Part shown: piece after piece, positions 62,677-64,000 of the stretch
Layout of the letters: each line of letters begins with the position of its first letter
How positions within the stretch are numbered: position 1 is the first letter of the stretch
From: an uncultured Anaerolineae bacterium
GTDB taxonomy: Bacteria > Chloroflexota > Anaerolineae > CG2-30-64-16
Direction: 5' to 3'
Assembly: GCA_937124585.1 (NCBI GenBank)
Contig: CAKZKT010000104.1
Location: forward strand, 1,316 to 65,315
Length of the DNA: 64,000 bases
Program-made: the position numbers and the translations under genes
The notes under the pieces: generated by a model
What the model was told of the DNA's origin: nothing
Databases searched by the model: none
Seen by the model: only the letters and a program-made list of their open reading frames with translations

Positions 62677-64000
62677 TTATACCGCATTTCGGCCGGAATC
62701 GTGCATATGGCCGCGGCGCGGCGCGCAAGTCGCTGCCCAGACCAGCGCCAGCAACACCAGCGTAGCCAGGCTGATCGCCCGACCCCAGCGCCAGCTCGCC
62801 GGATCATAGGCGAAGACGATCTGATGAAGGCCCGGCGGCAGGGCCACTGCGCGAAACATCAGATTGGCGCGCAAAATCGGCGCGGCAATGCCGTCCACGG
62901 CAGCCGTCCAGCCGGGATACCAGGCGTCTGCCAGAACCAGAAACGCTGCCTGGCTCACATGGGCCTCCAGCACGATCCGCTCGGCCTCGTAGGAGACCAC
63001 GCGCACGGCTTCATCGGGCAACGCCGCGGCCGGCGGCTGCGCCGGAACATCGGCGGCCAGCAGCACAGTCTGGCGTGGATCGAAACGCGCAGCGGCCAGC
63101 AGGCTCGCCGCCTCGTCCTGATCTCGCACCGGCACGACGCCGTGGACCAGCCAGGCGCGGCCGGGCGCTCCGGTCCGCTCGTAGATCTTCACATCGCCGG
63201 AATGAATGCGCCGCAGGTCGCCGCGCGGCGAGAGGGTGATGGACTGATGCGCGCCGGTGCGGTCATCGTAGAGGCTCAGCCCGCGCAGCGTCAAGCCGGC
63301 GTCGGCGGGCGCTGCGACGGCGATGGCAGTCGGCGTCAGCGCAGTGCCAAACGCCAGCATCACCGGTTGCGTCACGGCGCTGGTCGGCTGCAGCGCCAGG
63401 CGCAACGCCACCGTCTGGCCGTGCAGATCCGTCACCCGCACGTCTGCGCCGACGGGCGCGTCGGCCGCAGCGACGATGCCGAGCGCCGTCGCCGCGAACG
63501 GCGGATAGGTCGTCAGATCGAGGGTCAGCCGCTCGGCCGACGCGAGCGTGACCGTCTGCTCCAGGTCGTAATACACATCATCGGCCCACAGATCGCGCTG
63601 CTTGTCGGTGATGACAAAGCGAACGCCCGTGAGGTCGAGCAGGCGGTCTGGAGGAAGGCTGCGCAACTGCTCGCGCAGCCGGCCGTCGGGCAGCCGTGTC
63701 TCCGACGGCACAAACAGCGCCTGCAGCCGGCCATAGTCCGCCGTGGGCAGGATGCCACCGTCATACCCGTCCACAGCAGGCAGGCGCAACGCAATGGACA
63801 GATTCGGCGCGATGACTTCGGTCCATTTGGCCGCACGCACGAAGCGCTCCACTGCCTCCGCGGGCAGCCTGTCCGCCTGAAGCGCGCGCAGTTCGGCCAA
63901 GTCGCCGGGATCATAGCGAATGTCGGACATGCTCAGGAAGCGATCGCGGCCGGCAGGCGGCTGAGCGGCCATCGCGGCGAGCAGCGCTGCGGGCGCGTTG
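62677..64000 (-). CDS. YfhO-like membrane protein, C-terminal part (the gene continues beyond the window end)
   Basis: C-terminal region ...ADAWYPGWTAAVDGIAAPILRANLMFRAVALPPGLHQIVFAYDP plus a terminal TM matches the conserved end of the YfhO family. There is no start within the window. Confidence 0.55.
   Translation of the reverse strand, partial: NAPAALLAAMAAQPPAGRDRFLSMSDIRYDPGDLAELRALQADRLPAEAVERFVRAAKWTEVIAPNLSIALRLPAVDGYDGGILPTADYGRLQALFVPSETRLPDGRLREQLRSLPPDRLLDLTGVRFVITDKQRDLWADDVYYDLEQTVTLASAERLTLDLTTYPPFAATALGIVAAADAPVGADVRVTDLHGQTVALRLALQPTSAVTQPVMLAFGTALTPTAIAVAAPADAGLTLRGLSLYDDRTGAHQSITLSPRGDLRRIHSGDVKIYERTGAPGRAWLVHGVVPVRDQDEAASLLAAARFDPRQTVLLAADVPAQPPAAALPDEAVRVVSYEAERIVLEAHVSQAAFLVLADAWYPGWTAAVDGIAAPILRANLMFRAVALPPGLHQIVFAYDPASWRWGRAISLATLVLLALVWAATCAPRRGHMHDSGRNAV

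Overview
High-GC (roughly two-thirds G+C by eye) chromosomal segment, about 60 protein genes plus RNA elements. The gene content and the FMN-riboswitch-controlled RibXY-type transporter suggest a Chloroflexota-like genome, but I cannot confirm the taxon. No integrase, transposase, CRISPR array or recognisable phage/defence module is present.

Contents by region:
- 0-4.6 kb (minus strand): cell-envelope glycosylation cluster with an O-antigen-ligase-like protein, two tandem GtrA paralogs, a GT4 glycosyltransferase, a membrane protein and the N-terminus of a pyrimidine-nucleoside phosphorylase.
- 4.7-8.4 kb: a DsbA-like thiol-disulfide oxidoreductase, then MTA phosphorylase, a hypothetical protein and an inositol-monophosphatase-family protein.
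- 8.5-21.6 kb (all minus strand): a housekeeping block with tmRNA (ssrA, clear promoter and terminator), smpB, two S41 C-terminal processing proteases, hflX, an M28 peptidase, der, cdaR/ybbR, cdaA and a membrane protein, followed by an ECF sigma / zinc-finger anti-sigma / bactofilin-like module.
- 21.7-24.6 kb (plus strand): an operon of two deoxynucleoside kinases (the first with a ~130-aa C-terminal extension) and a cytoplasmic 7-bladed beta-propeller protein.
- 24.7-31 kb: a DUF362-like protein, an EF-G paralog, a histidine-phosphatase::SAM-methyltransferase fusion and a secreted RlpA-like protein.
- 31-48 kb: UvdE, then a carbohydrate-utilisation island containing a Gfo/Idh/MocA oxidoreductase, a GH29 fucosidase, a GNAT, a GH3 beta-glucosidase with a PA14 insert, an AAC(2')-family acetyltransferase homolog, a GH-like TIM-barrel protein, a sugar-phosphate isomerase, a two-component system, a CPBP protease, GH2 beta-glucuronidase uidA and a KdgK-like kinase.
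- 48-54 kb: a class-III aminotransferase, an M20 peptidase, an NTF2-like protein, and an FMN riboswitch with its own promoter and terminator ahead of a NitT/TauT-family ABC transporter (RibXY-like).
- 54-64 kb: a peptidoglycan-peptide recycling-like cluster (BioF/Kbl-like PLP enzyme, NlpC/P60, M19 dipeptidase, dipeptide epimerase, an unknown protein and a transglutaminase-like protein), then two tandem paralogs that each fuse an XRE-type HTH to an Hfq/Sm-like C-terminal domain, scpB, and a partial YfhO-like membrane protein.

Structure not explained by the genes:
- Two homologous A/C-rich low-GC intergenic elements in inverted orientation (5.5 kb and 24.6 kb), each with a near-consensus promoter.
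- A family of GTGCCAGGCAC palindromic REP-like repeats, about six copies including one tandem pair.
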